From assembly GCA_049515535.1 (NCBI GenBank), contig JBEKTZ010000002.1, positions 27,787 to 91,786 of the forward strand: 64,000 bases of DNA, in the 5' to 3' direction. The position numbers and the translations under genes were made by a program. Below, in pieces: positions 1 through 10,305 of this stretch (its first letter is position 1; each line of letters starts with the position of its first letter). A model generated the notes under the pieces. That model was not told the DNA's origin, did not search any database, and worked only from the letters and a program-made list of their open reading frames with translations. The stretch is from Candidatus Aminicenantales bacterium. GTDB lineage: Bacteria > Acidobacteriota > Aminicenantia > Aminicenantales > UBA4085.

Positions 1-1092
1 ATCGTCGTAGCCGACGAAGTTCTCCCCGAGATTTTCCATGTCATGGACGTCCAGGCCGAGCATATGGCCGAGGCCGTGAGGGAAGAACAAGGCGTGAGCG
101 CCCTGAAGAACGGCTTCTTCGATGTCGCCTTTCATCAAATCGATGTCTTTCAACCCGGAGGCGATGACTCGGGCCGTCTGGAGATGGATCTCGCGATATT
201 TAACGCCGGGCTTGATGGATTTGATCGCCATTTCTTGCGCGCGGAGAACGATCTCATAGACGTCCTTTTGCTTCGCCGAGAATTTTCCTCCGACGGGAAT
301 GGTCCGGGTGATGTCCGCGGCATAATGGAGCGGCGATTCGGCGCCCGCGTCGACGACGAGCAGGTCGCCCTTCTTCAGGAGATTTTCGTGTCCATGATTG
401 TGGAGAATCTGGCCGTTTTTGGTCAGGATGGTCGGAAAAGCGGTGGAGCCTCCGCCGGCGATGGCGAAGCCGTCGATCCGTCCGGCGATGTCCTTTTCGT
501 AAATGCCGGGCTGGGCCATATGCATGGCCGTGGCGTACATCTTATAAGTCGTCTTGAGCGCGGTTTCAAGTTCCGCGATCTCTTCATTGGATTTTATGGA
601 CCTTAGAGAAATGACGGCCCGGACGAGCGTTGGGGAAGATTTCGCCTTGGCCTCATCCGGCTTAATGCCGAGGAGCTTCGCGATCTTGAGAAACGTCTCG
701 GGCCGATAAGGCGGAAGATAATGAACGGGCCTCCCCTTTTCGGTCGCTTCCCGCAGCAGACCGGGAAGTTCGTTCAGGGCGGCGGTCTGTTTGACGCCGA
801 CTTCCGCGGCCCTGTCTTTGAGGGTCGGGAGATAGCCCATCCAGATGATGTCTTCTATATCGATGTCGTCGCCGAAAAGAACTTCCTTGTTTCCGTCCAC
901 GTCGATAACGGCCGCCAGCGCCGGAGTGTCCAGTCCGAAAAAGTACAGAAAGGAGCTGTCCTGCCGGAAATGATAAGCATTGGCCGGATAGTTCATCGGG
1001 CTGTCCTCATGGCCTAAAAAAAGGATCAGTCCGGTCGAAACCTGCTTCCTTAAGAGTTCTCGTCTTTTGATATAGATTTTTGAGTCGAACAT
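1..1092 (-). CDS. pepP: Xaa-Pro aminopeptidase (peptidase M24B), 3' end runs off the window
   Basis: Hand translation (absent from the ORF track): ATG at 1092 behind AAGGAG, MFDSKIYIKRRELLRKQ...YHFRQDSSFLYFFG...DAGAESPLHYAADITRT...FFPHGLGHMLGLDVHD, which are M24 metal-binding motifs. Confidence 0.9.
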   Translation of the reverse strand, partial: MFDSKIYIKRRELLRKQVSTGLILFLGHEDSPMNYPANAYHFRQDSSFLYFFGLDTPALAAVIDVDGNKEVLFGDDIDIEDIIWMGYLPTLKDRAAEVGVKQTAALNELPGLLREATEKGRPVHYLPPYRPETFLKIAKLLGIKPDEAKAKSSPTLVRAVISLRSIKSNEEIAELETALKTTYKMYATAMHMAQPGIYEKDIAGRIDGFAIAGGGSTAFPTILTKNGQILHNHGHENLLKKGDLLVVDAGAESPLHYAADITRTIPVGGKFSAKQKDVYEIVLRAQEMAIKSIKPGVKYREIHLQTARVIASGLKDIDLMKGDIEEAVLQGAHALFFPHGLGHMLGLDVHDMENLGENFVGYDD

Positions 1093-1289
1093 GATTTCTC
1101 CTTAAGACTGAATTACGGCCGCATCACGACGCCGCGCATATAGTGAATTTAACAAAAGATGAGGGTTAAGTCAAAAAAGCCGCCGGGACCCGCAAAAAAG
1201 AAATCGCAATCCCCAATAACGAGAAACCTAAAATCCTCCTTAAATGGAGGCCGAAGCCTTATATTATCAGGGAGATTGTTAAATTCGGA

Positions 1290-1366
<77 letters not shown>

Positions 1367-1489
1367 ATCCAGGCTATTATATCAAAATATTTAATATTGT
1401 CAAAACATTATCTCGATAATCTCGATCCGAGAGCCGATTTATTTCCTTGACGCCCTCCGGACCAAAAAATATAATGAAAAAACCGAAAA

Positions 1490-1984
1490 ATGGCGATTTT
1501 CCTATTCCTTTTATTATCCGTCATTTGTGTCGGTTCCGTCTTGGGCATGATCATTTCCAGGAACCAGGCCTATGGAGCGCTTTATCTCGTGCTGGCGTTT
1601 TCCTGCCTTGGCGGCCTTTTTGGGATGCTCGGGGCCTCTTTTGCGGCCGTCATCCAGATCCTCATCTATGCCGGCGCCATCATGGTTCTGTTCATTTTCG
1701 TCATCATGATGATCAATTTGCGGGAAGGCATCGCCCCGGAAAAGAAAAAATGGACCATCCGCGCCTCCGGATTCATCGCGGTTATTCTTCTGGCGGAGAT
1801 AATTTTAGCGTCCAAAGGCGGGCCGGCCTCCGGCATCGCCGGAGCGGCCCAGGGGGCCGGACCGGCCGACCTCGGCAGGATCTTATTGACGGACTATCTC
1901 TATCCCTTCGAGATCACCTCGATCCTGATCATCGCGGCCCTGGTCGGAGCCATCGTTTTGGCCAAGAAAAAGGAAAAAAAGTGA
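1490..1984 (+). CDS. nuoJ: NADH-quinone oxidoreductase subunit J
   Basis: QILIYAGAIMVLFIFVIMM and YLYPFEITSILIIAALVGAIVL motifs. Confidence 0.93.
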   Translation: MAIFLFLLLSVICVGSVLGMIISRNQAYGALYLVLAFSCLGGLFGMLGASFAAVIQILIYAGAIMVLFIFVIMMINLREGIAPEKKKWTIRASGFIAVILLAEIILASKGGPASGIAGAAQGAGPADLGRILLTDYLYPFEITSILIIAALVGAIVLAKKKEKK

Positions 1985-2283
1985 TCCCCTCCAATTACTT
2001 CTTCATCTTGAGCATCATTCTTTTTGTCCTTGGTATCATCGCCTTCTTCGTCAAAAGGGATCTTATCGGCCAGCTCATGGGAATCGAAATCATGTTGAAC
2101 GCGGCCAACCTGGCTTTTCTCGCTTTGGCCAAAGCGTCAAATTTTCCCGAGGCCCAGGCGATCGTCCTCTTTGTCATAGTCGTCGCCGCCGCCGAAGCCG
2201 CGGTCGGACTGGCCATTATCCTTCTCATTTTTCGTCGAAAAAAAACGATCAAAACCGAAGATATACGGTCCATGAAAGGCTGA
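1981..2283 (+). CDS. nuoK: NADH-quinone oxidoreductase subunit K
   Basis: GTG at 1981 overlapping the nuoJ stop; GIEIMLNAANL and VAAAEAAVGLAI motifs. Only the last 100 aa of ORF 1447..2283 are real. Confidence 0.92.
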   Translation: MIPSNYFFILSIILFVLGIIAFFVKRDLIGQLMGIEIMLNAANLAFLALAKASNFPEAQAIVLFVIVVAAAEAAVGLAIILLIFRRKKTIKTEDIRSMKG

Positions 2284-2284
2284 A

Positions 2285-4186
2285 GTGAAGGATATTTTCT
2301 GGCTCATCCCGTTTGGTCCGGCCATCAGCGCGCTGGTCCTCGTCCTTTTCGGTCACCGGCTTTCGAGAAAGGTCGTCTCCATCCAAGCTTGCGCGGCCGT
2401 TTTCTTTTCCTTTGCGGTTTCTGTCGTCTCATGTTTAGGACTTATCAATGCGAACCGCGCGGACTTCCCTCTCATCAAACATCTTTTTTCTTGGATCTCG
2501 GCAGGCTCCCTGAAGGCCGGTTTTTCCCTCCAATTCGACCCCCTATCGGCCGTCATGGTTCTGGTCGTGACCGGCGTGGGATTTTTGATCCATGTCTATT
2601 CCATCGGCTATATGTCCCGCGACAAAGGATATGCGCGCTATTTCGCCTGCCTGAACCTGTTCACGTTCGCCATGCTCCTCCTCGTTCTGGCTTCGAACAT
2701 GATCTTGATGTTCGTCGGATGGGAAGGCGTCGGCCTCTGTTCCTATTTGCTCATCGGGTTTTGGTTCGAAAAACCGGCCGCTGCGGCAGCCGGGAAAAAA
2801 GCGTTCATCGTCAACCGGATCGGAGATGCCGGCTTCATCCTGGGCGTGTTGTTCATCGTCCTGGTTGTCGGGAATTCCGAGTTTATGGCCATTAACGAAG
2901 CGATCGGCAACGGCGGCTTGGCCCGGGGGACGGCGACGGGGATCGCGATTCTGTTGTTTATCGGGGCGGCGGGGAAATCCGCCCAAATCCCACTTTATGT
3001 CTGGCTTCCGGACGCCATGGAAGGCCCCACGCCCGTCAGCGCGCTCATCCACGCCGCGACCATGGTCACGGCCGGCGTTTACATGGTCGCCAGGATGAAT
3101 TTGCTTTATGCGTTCTCGGGCACGGCCGGCCAGATCGTGGCCGTCGTCGGGGCCGTGACGGCCGTCTATGCGGCGACCATGGCCTTGACCCAGAATGACA
3201 TCAAGCGGGTTCTCGCCTATTCGACCATTTCCCAACTCGGATACATGTTCCTCGGATGCGGTGTGGGCGCCTACGCAGCCGGCATCTTTCATCTTTATAC
3301 CCACGCTTTCTTCAAAAGCCTTTTATTCCTCGCGGCCGGCAGCGTCATCCATTCCCTGTCCGGAGAACAGGATATGCGCAAAATGGGCGGTTTGAAAAAA
3401 TATCTGCCCAGGACGTATCCGGCTTTTCTCATCGGCGCCATCGCCATTGCCGGCGTCCCTTTTTTATCCGGCTTCTATTCCAAAGACGCGATCCTGACCC
3501 AGGCCTTCGCTCAGGGACATTACGTCCTTTGGGCGTTAGGGTTAGGCGCGGCCGTTTTGACGGCTTTTTACATGTTCCGGCTGATCTTCCTGACGTTTTA
3601 CGGAGAAGAAAGGCTGGACCCCGAGGCGAAACGACATCTCCATGAATCTCCAAGGATCATGACCCTTCCCCTGGCTATCCTGGCCTTTTTCTCGATCACC
3701 GCCGGCTACGTCGGACTTCCGGCGGTGCTGGGCGAAAAAGCCGATGTCTTTAAGCGTTTTTTGAATCCCGTCATCCGACCCGTCTCCGGAGGACATCTTG
3801 CCTCGGGCACGGAATGGCTCCTTATTTTGCTTTCGACAACGGCCGCTTTGCTCGGGATTGTCCTGGCCTATGCTCTTTACCTGAAAAACAAGCGAATTCC
3901 CCATGCTTTCGTCGCCCGCTTTCCCGGTCTGTACAAACTTCTCTATAACAAGTATTACGTGGATGAAATCTATGATGCGGTTGTCGTCAATCCCCTGGTC
4001 CGTTGCTCGGAAGGAATTTACGGCGGCTTCGACCTCAAGGTCATCGACGGAAGCCTCGACGGATCGGCCTCCGCCGCCGCGTTGGCGGGCAAAATCCTCG
4101 CCTATTTCCAAACGGGGTTATTAAAAGACTATGCTCTTGTCTTTCTTCTGGGCGTCGTGATTTTCATGGGAGTCCTTCTGTTTTAG
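2285..4186 (+). CDS. nuoL: NADH-quinone oxidoreductase subunit L
   Basis: GWEGVGLCSYLLIGFW, GKSAQIPLYVWLPDAMEGPTPVSALIHAATMV and AYSTISQLGYM motifs. Confidence 0.96.
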   Translation: MKDIFWLIPFGPAISALVLVLFGHRLSRKVVSIQACAAVFFSFAVSVVSCLGLINANRADFPLIKHLFSWISAGSLKAGFSLQFDPLSAVMVLVVTGVGFLIHVYSIGYMSRDKGYARYFACLNLFTFAMLLLVLASNMILMFVGWEGVGLCSYLLIGFWFEKPAAAAAGKKAFIVNRIGDAGFILGVLFIVLVVGNSEFMAINEAIGNGGLARGTATGIAILLFIGAAGKSAQIPLYVWLPDAMEGPTPVSALIHAATMVTAGVYMVARMNLLYAFSGTAGQIVAVVGAVTAVYAATMALTQNDIKRVLAYSTISQLGYMFLGCGVGAYAAGIFHLYTHAFFKSLLFLAAGSVIHSLSGEQDMRKMGGLKKYLPRTYPAFLIGAIAIAGVPFLSGFYSKDAILTQAFAQGHYVLWALGLGAAVLTAFYMFRLIFLTFYGEERLDPEAKRHLHESPRIMTLPLAILAFFSITAGYVGLPAVLGEKADVFKRFLNPVIRPVSGGHLASGTEWLLILLSTTAALLGIVLAYALYLKNKRIPHAFVARFPGLYKLLYNKYYVDEIYDAVVVNPLVRCSEGIYGGFDLKVIDGSLDGSASAAALAGKILAYFQTGLLKDYALVFLLGVVIFMGVLLF

Positions 4187-4188
4187 CC

Positions 4189-5745
4189 ATGAGCCAGCCG
4201 ATTCTCAGCCTGGTCATCTTTTTGCCCTTAGCCGCCGCCCTTCTCATGATCTTTCTGCCGAAAGACAACAAAAATCTGCTTTACGGCTTCGCCCTGGCCG
4301 TCACGGTCGTGACATTCGCCCTGTCGCTTTTTCTCTTTTTCGGATTCGACGTCCGCACGGGCGGCCCGCAGTTCGTGGAACAAGCGGCCTGGCTGGGCGA
4401 TGGCCTGCAATATCACGTCGGCATCGACGGCATCAGCCTCTTTCTCGTTTTGCTGACCACGTTCCTCATGCCTCTCGCGCTCATGTCCTCGTGGTCTTCG
4501 ATCCGCGATAAGATCAAGGAATATCTCGTTTTCATGCTCGTCCTCGAGACGGGCATCATCGGCGTTTTTGCCGCGCTCAATCTGTTCCTCTTCTACGTTT
4601 TCTGGGAAGCCATGCTCATCCCCATGTATTTTCTCATCGGCGTCTGGGGCGGCAAGCGCCGCGTCTATGCCACGACGAAATTCATTCTGTTCACGATGCT
4701 GGGAAGCCTTCTGATGCTCGTCGCGATTTTCGCTTTGTATTCTCATTTTCATGAAGCGACAGGCGCATATTCCTTGAATCTCTTTGATCTCTACAAAGTC
4801 CCGATCGATCCGAAGGTTCAGAGCTGGCTCTTTCTGGCCTTCGCTCTCGCCTTCGCCATCAAAGTGCCGATATTTCCTTTCCATACCTGGCTGCCCGACG
4901 CCCATGTCGAGGCCCCGACGGCGGGATCCGTCTTTCTGGCCGCGGTGCTCCTCAAGATGGGCGCCTACGGCTTTCTCCGATTCGCCATTCCTCTGTTCCC
5001 GAACGCCGTGGAGAAATTCCTTCCGATCCTGGCCGTTCTTTCCATCATCGGGATCATTTACGGCGGCTTGATGGCACTCGTTCAGAAAGACATCAAATCG
5101 CTGGTCGCCTACTCCAGCGTCAGCCATATGGGACTGATCATGTTGGCCCTTCTTTCGCTCAACGTCGAAGGCACGGTGGGTTCCGTTTTCCAGATGCTCA
5201 ACCACGGACTGAGCACCGGCGCGCTGTTCCTGATCGTAGGCATTTTGTATGAGCGGGCGCACTCCCGGCAGATCAAGGATTTTGGCGGAGTGAGTCGTCC
5301 CATGCCCGTCCTCTCCGTTTTTTTTCTGATCGCTATGCTTTCGTCAATGGGACTGCCGGGGCTGAACGGCTTTGTCGGCGAAATCACCTGCTTTTTCGGA
5401 ATTTTCACTGCAAACAAAGTTTACGCCGTCCTGGGCCTGACCACGGTCATCCTTACCGCGGCCTATCTCCTCTGGATGTTCCAGAGGGTCATGCAAGGGC
5501 CGGTCGCAAACGAAAGAATATCGTCTTTCAGGGACATGAACAAACGAGAGATCACGTATCTTATTCCCATCATCATCTTGATGTTCTGGATGGGCCTTTA
5601 TCCTCAGACATTTATAAGAAAAATTGAGCCTTCCGTCGTCCAATATATCAGCCTTATCAAGAATGACCGGAGGGTCATCGTTCATAAGGCGGCCGGGCTC
5701 CCGGTCAAATGGGGACTTCGGCAGAAGGACAACAAAGCCAGATGA
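4189..5745 (+). CDS. nuoM: NADH-quinone oxidoreductase subunit M
   Basis: ATG at 4189 (MSQPILS...); FWEAMLIPMYFLIG, KVPIFPFHTWLPDAHVEAPTAGS and AYSSVSHMG motifs. Confidence 0.95.
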   Translation: MSQPILSLVIFLPLAAALLMIFLPKDNKNLLYGFALAVTVVTFALSLFLFFGFDVRTGGPQFVEQAAWLGDGLQYHVGIDGISLFLVLLTTFLMPLALMSSWSSIRDKIKEYLVFMLVLETGIIGVFAALNLFLFYVFWEAMLIPMYFLIGVWGGKRRVYATTKFILFTMLGSLLMLVAIFALYSHFHEATGAYSLNLFDLYKVPIDPKVQSWLFLAFALAFAIKVPIFPFHTWLPDAHVEAPTAGSVFLAAVLLKMGAYGFLRFAIPLFPNAVEKFLPILAVLSIIGIIYGGLMALVQKDIKSLVAYSSVSHMGLIMLALLSLNVEGTVGSVFQMLNHGLSTGALFLIVGILYERAHSRQIKDFGGVSRPMPVLSVFFLIAMLSSMGLPGLNGFVGEITCFFGIFTANKVYAVLGLTTVILTAAYLLWMFQRVMQGPVANERISSFRDMNKREITYLIPIIILMFWMGLYPQTFIRKIEPSVVQYISLIKNDRRVIVHKAAGLPVKWGLRQKDNKAR

Positions 5746-7178
5746 ACGGATTTGCCGCGGCGGCTCCCCTTCTCGTCATCACCGGCGCCGCTCTGGCTGT
5801 CCTTCTCCTGGAAGCTTTTGTGAACAAGTCGAACAAGAATTATTTGGCCATTTTATCTCTGATTTTCCTCTCGATCTGCGCTCTCTTCTGCGCGCGCTCA
5901 TGGAACGCCGGCTTGGCTTATTTCAACGGGATGCTCCGCTTGGATAATCTGTCTCTGATCCTGATCGCGCTCTTCCTGATCACCACGGCCTTCGTCATTC
6001 TCATCGGCATGAAATATTTTTCGGCGCGGGCTCTCAATGGCGGCGAGTTCTACGGACTTCTTCTCCTGGCCCTTTCCGGACTCATTATCATGGTCACATC
6101 GCTGAATCTCATCGTCATTTTCCTGGGCCTCGAAGTCCTTTCGGTCGCCAGCTATGCGTTGGCCGGATTGAACCTTCGCGACAGCAAATCCGCGGAGGCT
6201 GCGATCAAATATTTCATGATGGGATGTTTCGCCGGAGCCTTTCTTGTGTTCGGGCTGGCCCTCGTCTTTGGCACTGTCCGTTCCATTGACATTCCGGATA
6301 TCATCGCCTTTCTCGGCGCGGCATCCGGCCCGCCCGTCCTTGGACTCATCGGCCTGGGACTGATCATCTCCGGATTCGCTTTTAAGATCGCGATCGTGCC
6401 CTTTCATATGTGGGCGCCGGACGTCTATGAGGGCGCTCCTACGCCTGTGACGACTTTTTTCGTCGTCGGCCCCAAAGCGGCGGGATTCGCCGTCCTTTTC
6501 CGGATGTTGGTCCCCCTCTGGAAAGAAAGCTCCAGGTCCGGTTCCATCTTCGATTTCCTTTGGGCTCTCTCCGCCCTGACGATGATCGTGGGAAGTCTGA
6601 TCGCCCTCCGGCAAAAGAACATCAAGCGATTGTTTGCTTATTCCAGCATCGTCCATTCGGGATATTTGCTGATTGCGATCCTCTCCGGCGATGGCACCGG
6701 CCTCGTTTTTTTCATGGCGGTCTATTTGTTCATGAGCGTGGGGGCTTTCGGCTCTCTCATTGCCCTAAGCTATAAAGACCGCGAATACGGCGATTTGAGC
6801 GATTTCGCCGGGATTGGCTTCAAATATCCGTGGATCGGCGCCCTTTTTACGGTCTTCCTCGTCTCCTTGGCTGGATTCCCTCCGACGGGCGGCTTCCTGG
6901 CGAAATTTTACATTTTCGTGGGGGCCGTTCGGCAAGGTCTGACGCCTCTCGTCCTCATCGGCGTGCTGGCCAGTTTGATTTCGGCTTATTACTATCTCCG
7001 GATCGTCGCTTATATGTATATGAGAGAACCGATAAACGACATCGAAATTGAAATGGAGAACCCGGCCCTCTTTTTAGTCCTTTTTCTTTGTCTGTTCGGG
7101 GTCCTTCAGCTCGGTCTATTCCCCGGCAATGTCCTGTACATCATTAAACAAGCGGTCGCTTCCCTCGTTGGCTTCTGA
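5742..7178 (+). CDS. nuoN: NADH-quinone oxidoreductase subunit N
   Basis: ATGA overlap with the nuoM stop; EAAIKYF, FKIAIVPFHMWAPDVYEGAPTPVT and GFPPTGGFLAKF motifs. Confidence 0.95.
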   Translation: MNGFAAAAPLLVITGAALAVLLLEAFVNKSNKNYLAILSLIFLSICALFCARSWNAGLAYFNGMLRLDNLSLILIALFLITTAFVILIGMKYFSARALNGGEFYGLLLLALSGLIIMVTSLNLIVIFLGLEVLSVASYALAGLNLRDSKSAEAAIKYFMMGCFAGAFLVFGLALVFGTVRSIDIPDIIAFLGAASGPPVLGLIGLGLIISGFAFKIAIVPFHMWAPDVYEGAPTPVTTFFVVGPKAAGFAVLFRMLVPLWKESSRSGSIFDFLWALSALTMIVGSLIALRQKNIKRLFAYSSIVHSGYLLIAILSGDGTGLVFFMAVYLFMSVGAFGSLIALSYKDREYGDLSDFAGIGFKYPWIGALFTVFLVSLAGFPPTGGFLAKFYIFVGAVRQGLTPLVLIGVLASLISAYYYLRIVAYMYMREPINDIEIEMENPALFLVLFLCLFGVLQLGLFPGNVLYIIKQAVASLVGF

Positions 7179-7187
7179 TTCGCATCC

Positions 7188-7796
7188 TCAAATATCCGAC
7201 GTCTTTCGCGGATTGAGGAAATCCGTCAAAAGCTCGCGGAGCAAACGGATCGGAAGTCCGACGACGTTGTCATAATCCCCTTCCAGTTTTCGAACCAAGG
7301 CATCTCCCGATTCCTGGATGGCATAGCTTCCAGCTTTATCCAGAAAATCGTTCGCATCAAGATATTTTTCGATGTCGGCCCGGCTCAACATTTTGAATGT
7401 GACCCAACTGGTGGCCTGCCCGGAAAGCATCCGATCTTGATCTTCCCGATAAAGAGCGACGGCCGTGACAACCCGATGTCTCTTCCTGGAAAGCCTTTCC
7501 AACATGGATTCGGCCTCCCGACGGCTTTTCGGCTTGCCGAAGATGTCCTCATCGCAACAGACGACGGTATCTGCGGCGATAATGAGCGAAGAAGGGTGTT
7601 CGGCGCCGACGGCTCTGGCCTTGGCAATCGCGGCCCGTCGGGCGAAGACGACCGGATCGCGGTCGCGAAAAAGATCTTCGTCCACCCGGCTTGGCACGAC
7701 TCTAAAATCGGGCACGATTTCCCTTAAAAGATCGCGTCTTCTGGGAGAAGCGGAGGCCAGGATGACGTCCAGCCTGTTTTTTTCCTTTGAATTCAA
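7188..7796 (-). CDS. maf: Maf family nucleoside triphosphate pyrophosphatase
   Basis: ILASASPRR, AADTVV, GKP, DKAGSYAIQ and NVVGLP motifs. Confidence 0.93.
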   Translation of the reverse strand: MNSKEKNRLDVILASASPRRRDLLREIVPDFRVVPSRVDEDLFRDRDPVVFARRAAIAKARAVGAEHPSSLIIAADTVVCCDEDIFGKPKSRREAESMLERLSRKRHRVVTAVALYREDQDRMLSGQATSWVTFKMLSRADIEKYLDANDFLDKAGSYAIQESGDALVRKLEGDYDNVVGLPIRLLRELLTDFLNPRKTSDI

Positions 7797-7834
7797 GCTA
7801 AGAACGTCCGAAACGCGAGCGCGCGGATTCCGTT

Positions 7835-8839
7835 TTAAAATTTCAAACCGGCAAAGATGGCCAGAACATTCGTCTTGGGTATGGAATCGGAGGGGACGGT
7901 GCCCTCATATCCGGCCGAGCTTTTCTGAATGCCGGCTAGGCCCATATGATAGCGGCCTTCGACGAATAATTTGACGCCGCCCATGGGCAGGCCGAAGCCG
8001 GCTCCGAAGACGAGACCGTAATCCAGTTGATTCAGATCTTTTTTGATATCTTCCGTCGCGGACTGGGGGGTCACACCGGTACCGGAAATAGAGTATGACG
8101 CTTTAGCTTGGACTACATAAGCCGCCTCGCCGCCTCCCATCAGATAGAAATCGGGGGCGCCGGCTTGTTTCAGGATGTGGATCTTGAGCATCACGGGAAC
8201 GCTTAATTCGTCGATGTTCATTTTAATGTCAAAATCGTAGCCCGAATCGGAACCTTGAAAACGGATGCCTTTGCGGATATAAAGCACGTCAATTTCAAAG
8301 CCGATTTGAGATCCCATCTCGAATCCTATGCCGCCGCCCAATCCGCTGATCGGCTTTTTAAACGAATCAAATTGCTCATATCCGGGTTGGGATTTGTACG
8401 TCATGGATGCCGAGGTCACCCCCCCCATGATCTTGAATCCGCCGAAGGATGCCGCCGAAGCCGACGAATACGATGGAGGAGGAGCCTGATACACGACGGG
8501 CGGCGGCTCCGTGGCTCGTTGAGGCTGAACCACGGGCACGGGGGGAGCGATCTCTTTCTTCTCCCCGCCGACGACATCGACGACGGAATTGTTGATAAAG
8601 CCGGATAGGCTTTTACCCGTATCATCGGTGATCGAGATCTCGTACCAATCTCCGATCTTTTGGCGTGATTCGAGAAGAGTCCCCTGGGGCAGCTGTTTGA
8701 TGACGGAGCTCGAAGCGTCCGGCTCGGACCTGACGTTGGCTGTCATGACTTTCACTTTCAGAACGTAGCTTTGTGCTGCGCTCAAACCTGGAACTAAGAT
8801 CAAGGCAAGCCCGAGTCCCATAATCCACGCTCTTTTCAT
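7835..8839 (-). CDS. Secreted SH3 domain + Pro-rich linker + outer-membrane beta-barrel protein
   Basis: Probable start MKRAWIMGLG with a signal peptide; ANVRSEPD...WYEI (bacterial SH3); PPVPVVQP linker; alternating beta strands ending in terminal Phe (FAGLKF). Confidence 0.75.
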   Translation of the reverse strand: MKRAWIMGLGLALILVPGLSAAQSYVLKVKVMTANVRSEPDASSSVIKQLPQGTLLESRQKIGDWYEISITDDTGKSLSGFINNSVVDVVGGEKKEIAPPVPVVQPQRATEPPPVVYQAPPPSYSSASAASFGGFKIMGGVTSASMTYKSQPGYEQFDSFKKPISGLGGGIGFEMGSQIGFEIDVLYIRKGIRFQGSDSGYDFDIKMNIDELSVPVMLKIHILKQAGAPDFYLMGGGEAAYVVQAKASYSISGTGVTPQSATEDIKKDLNQLDYGLVFGAGFGLPMGGVKLFVEGRYHMGLAGIQKSSAGYEGTVPSDSIPKTNVLAIFAGLKF

Positions 8840-8934
8840 GGAAACCTCCGCACTTTCGTATTCAATCTCTCGTATGTATGACATGATTTGGCGGGAATTT
8901 CAATATCTTTTTCGCGCTTTATTTTGAATCTGCG

Positions 8935-10305
8935 ATGGCCGTCATTTTCTTTCTATTGAAATCCGGCGAGTCCCGCTCTACAATCAGCCTGTCTTCTCTT
9001 CGAGGAGGCGCCCTGGAACAACTTGAACATGATGCCACGCCGAAAAACCCAATCATGCGAATGACCTATCGTTTTCCCGATATTCCCCAGATGAAGGACA
9101 TCCGATTGAAGTTGGAGAATAAGGGAAAAAGACTCCGGTTTTCCATTTCCGGCCGCAAATCGCTTATATACGTCCCTCTCATCTGGTATTTCATAAAATG
9201 GCTCAGCCGCTTGGGAATCATCCTCAGACGGAACGGCGCCAATGTCTATTCCCTATACATTCCCCCGATCCCGAGCGAAGCTGACAATCGACACCTCCAA
9301 ATCTTCTTGAATGCCTGGCTGTTCAAAAAAAAGGTTCCCTTCGCCGTGACGATTGCCGTCACGGACGAATGCCAGCTGAATTGTGCCCATTGCAGCGTGC
9401 TTGAGAACGCCGCCGGGAGAAGGCCGATGGCGCTCGCGGAGATCAAGCAGGCGATTGCCGAATCGATTTCTCTCGGCGTGACGAATATCACTTTCACCGG
9501 CGGAGAACCGCTTATGCGGGCCGATTTGGAGGAGATCATCGCCGCCGTCCCCGCCGATAAGGCCGTCTCTCTCGTTTTTACCAATGCGGTGGGATTGGAT
9601 GCCGCAAGAGCGGCGGCGATCAGCAAAGCGGGCGCGTTTGGAGTCCAGATCAGTCTGGATTCTCCCGAGCCGTCGGAACACGACCGATTGCGCGGCCGGG
9701 AAGGCTTATTCGATTTGGTGAAAAAGGGAGTTGAAAACGCCCTTGGCGAGGGCTTAATGGTCGGCCTTTCGACTTATGCTTCCAACCCATCCGTCGCGGA
9801 AAAGAAACTCAGTCGCCTCGCGGAACTTGCCGCGGCGTGGGGCGCGCATGAAGTCAGCGTCTTCGACCTGATTCCCACCGGACGTCTGTTGCGGAAGACT
9901 GAAGTCATGCTGACCGCGGCGAGCCGCCGCTCATTGCTCCTCGAAGCCAGACGGCTCAACCGGCGCTTTGGGGGCCGACCGAGGATCATCACCCAGTGCT
10001 GGACAAATCACGGCCGGGGATTCGCTCGTTTCATAGGCTGCCTGGCCGGTCACTACCAGTTTCATATCTCCGCGAGCGGCGAATTCATGCCCTGCGACTT
10101 CACGCCTCTGTCCTTCGGGAATATCCGTGACGAAACGGTCGCCGGCCTTTGGGAGAAGCTCCTCCGGCATCCGGCCTATAAGGGAAGATGTTACGCCTGC
10201 AGGATGCAGGATCCATTGTTCCGCAAGACGTATATCGATTCCATTCCCCAGGGAGCGGACATGCCCTACTTCATCGACAGGCTGTCGTCCCCGAATTGCG
10301 GCTAA
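8935..10305 (+). CDS. Radical SAM protein with SPASM/Twitch domain (start uncertain, may be about 9013-9061)
   Basis: CQLNCAHC (CxxxCxxC), FTGGEPLMR, and C-terminal GCLAG...PCDF...GNI...CYAC cysteines. Confidence 0.88.
   Translation: MAVIFFLLKSGESRSTISLSSLRGGALEQLEHDATPKNPIMRMTYRFPDIPQMKDIRLKLENKGKRLRFSISGRKSLIYVPLIWYFIKWLSRLGIILRRNGANVYSLYIPPIPSEADNRHLQIFLNAWLFKKKVPFAVTIAVTDECQLNCAHCSVLENAAGRRPMALAEIKQAIAESISLGVTNITFTGGEPLMRADLEEIIAAVPADKAVSLVFTNAVGLDAARAAAISKAGAFGVQISLDSPEPSEHDRLRGREGLFDLVKKGVENALGEGLMVGLSTYASNPSVAEKKLSRLAELAAAWGAHEVSVFDLIPTGRLLRKTEVMLTAASRRSLLLEARRLNRRFGGRPRIITQCWTNHGRGFARFIGCLAGHYQFHISASGEFMPCDFTPLSFGNIRDETVAGLWEKLLRHPAYKGRCYACRMQDPLFRKTYIDSIPQGADMPYFIDRLSSPNCG

Noticed and set aside
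43-1017. Plus-strand ORFs 43..606 and 721..1017
   Set aside because: They are antisense shadows of the minus-strand aminopeptidase P gene, which the ORF track missed because it runs off the window.
8935-10305. SPASM radical SAM as a tetraether synthase (Tes) or a RiPP maturase
   Set aside because: It lacks the Cys-rich N-terminal metal sites expected for Tes, and no precursor peptide or RRE domain is visible.
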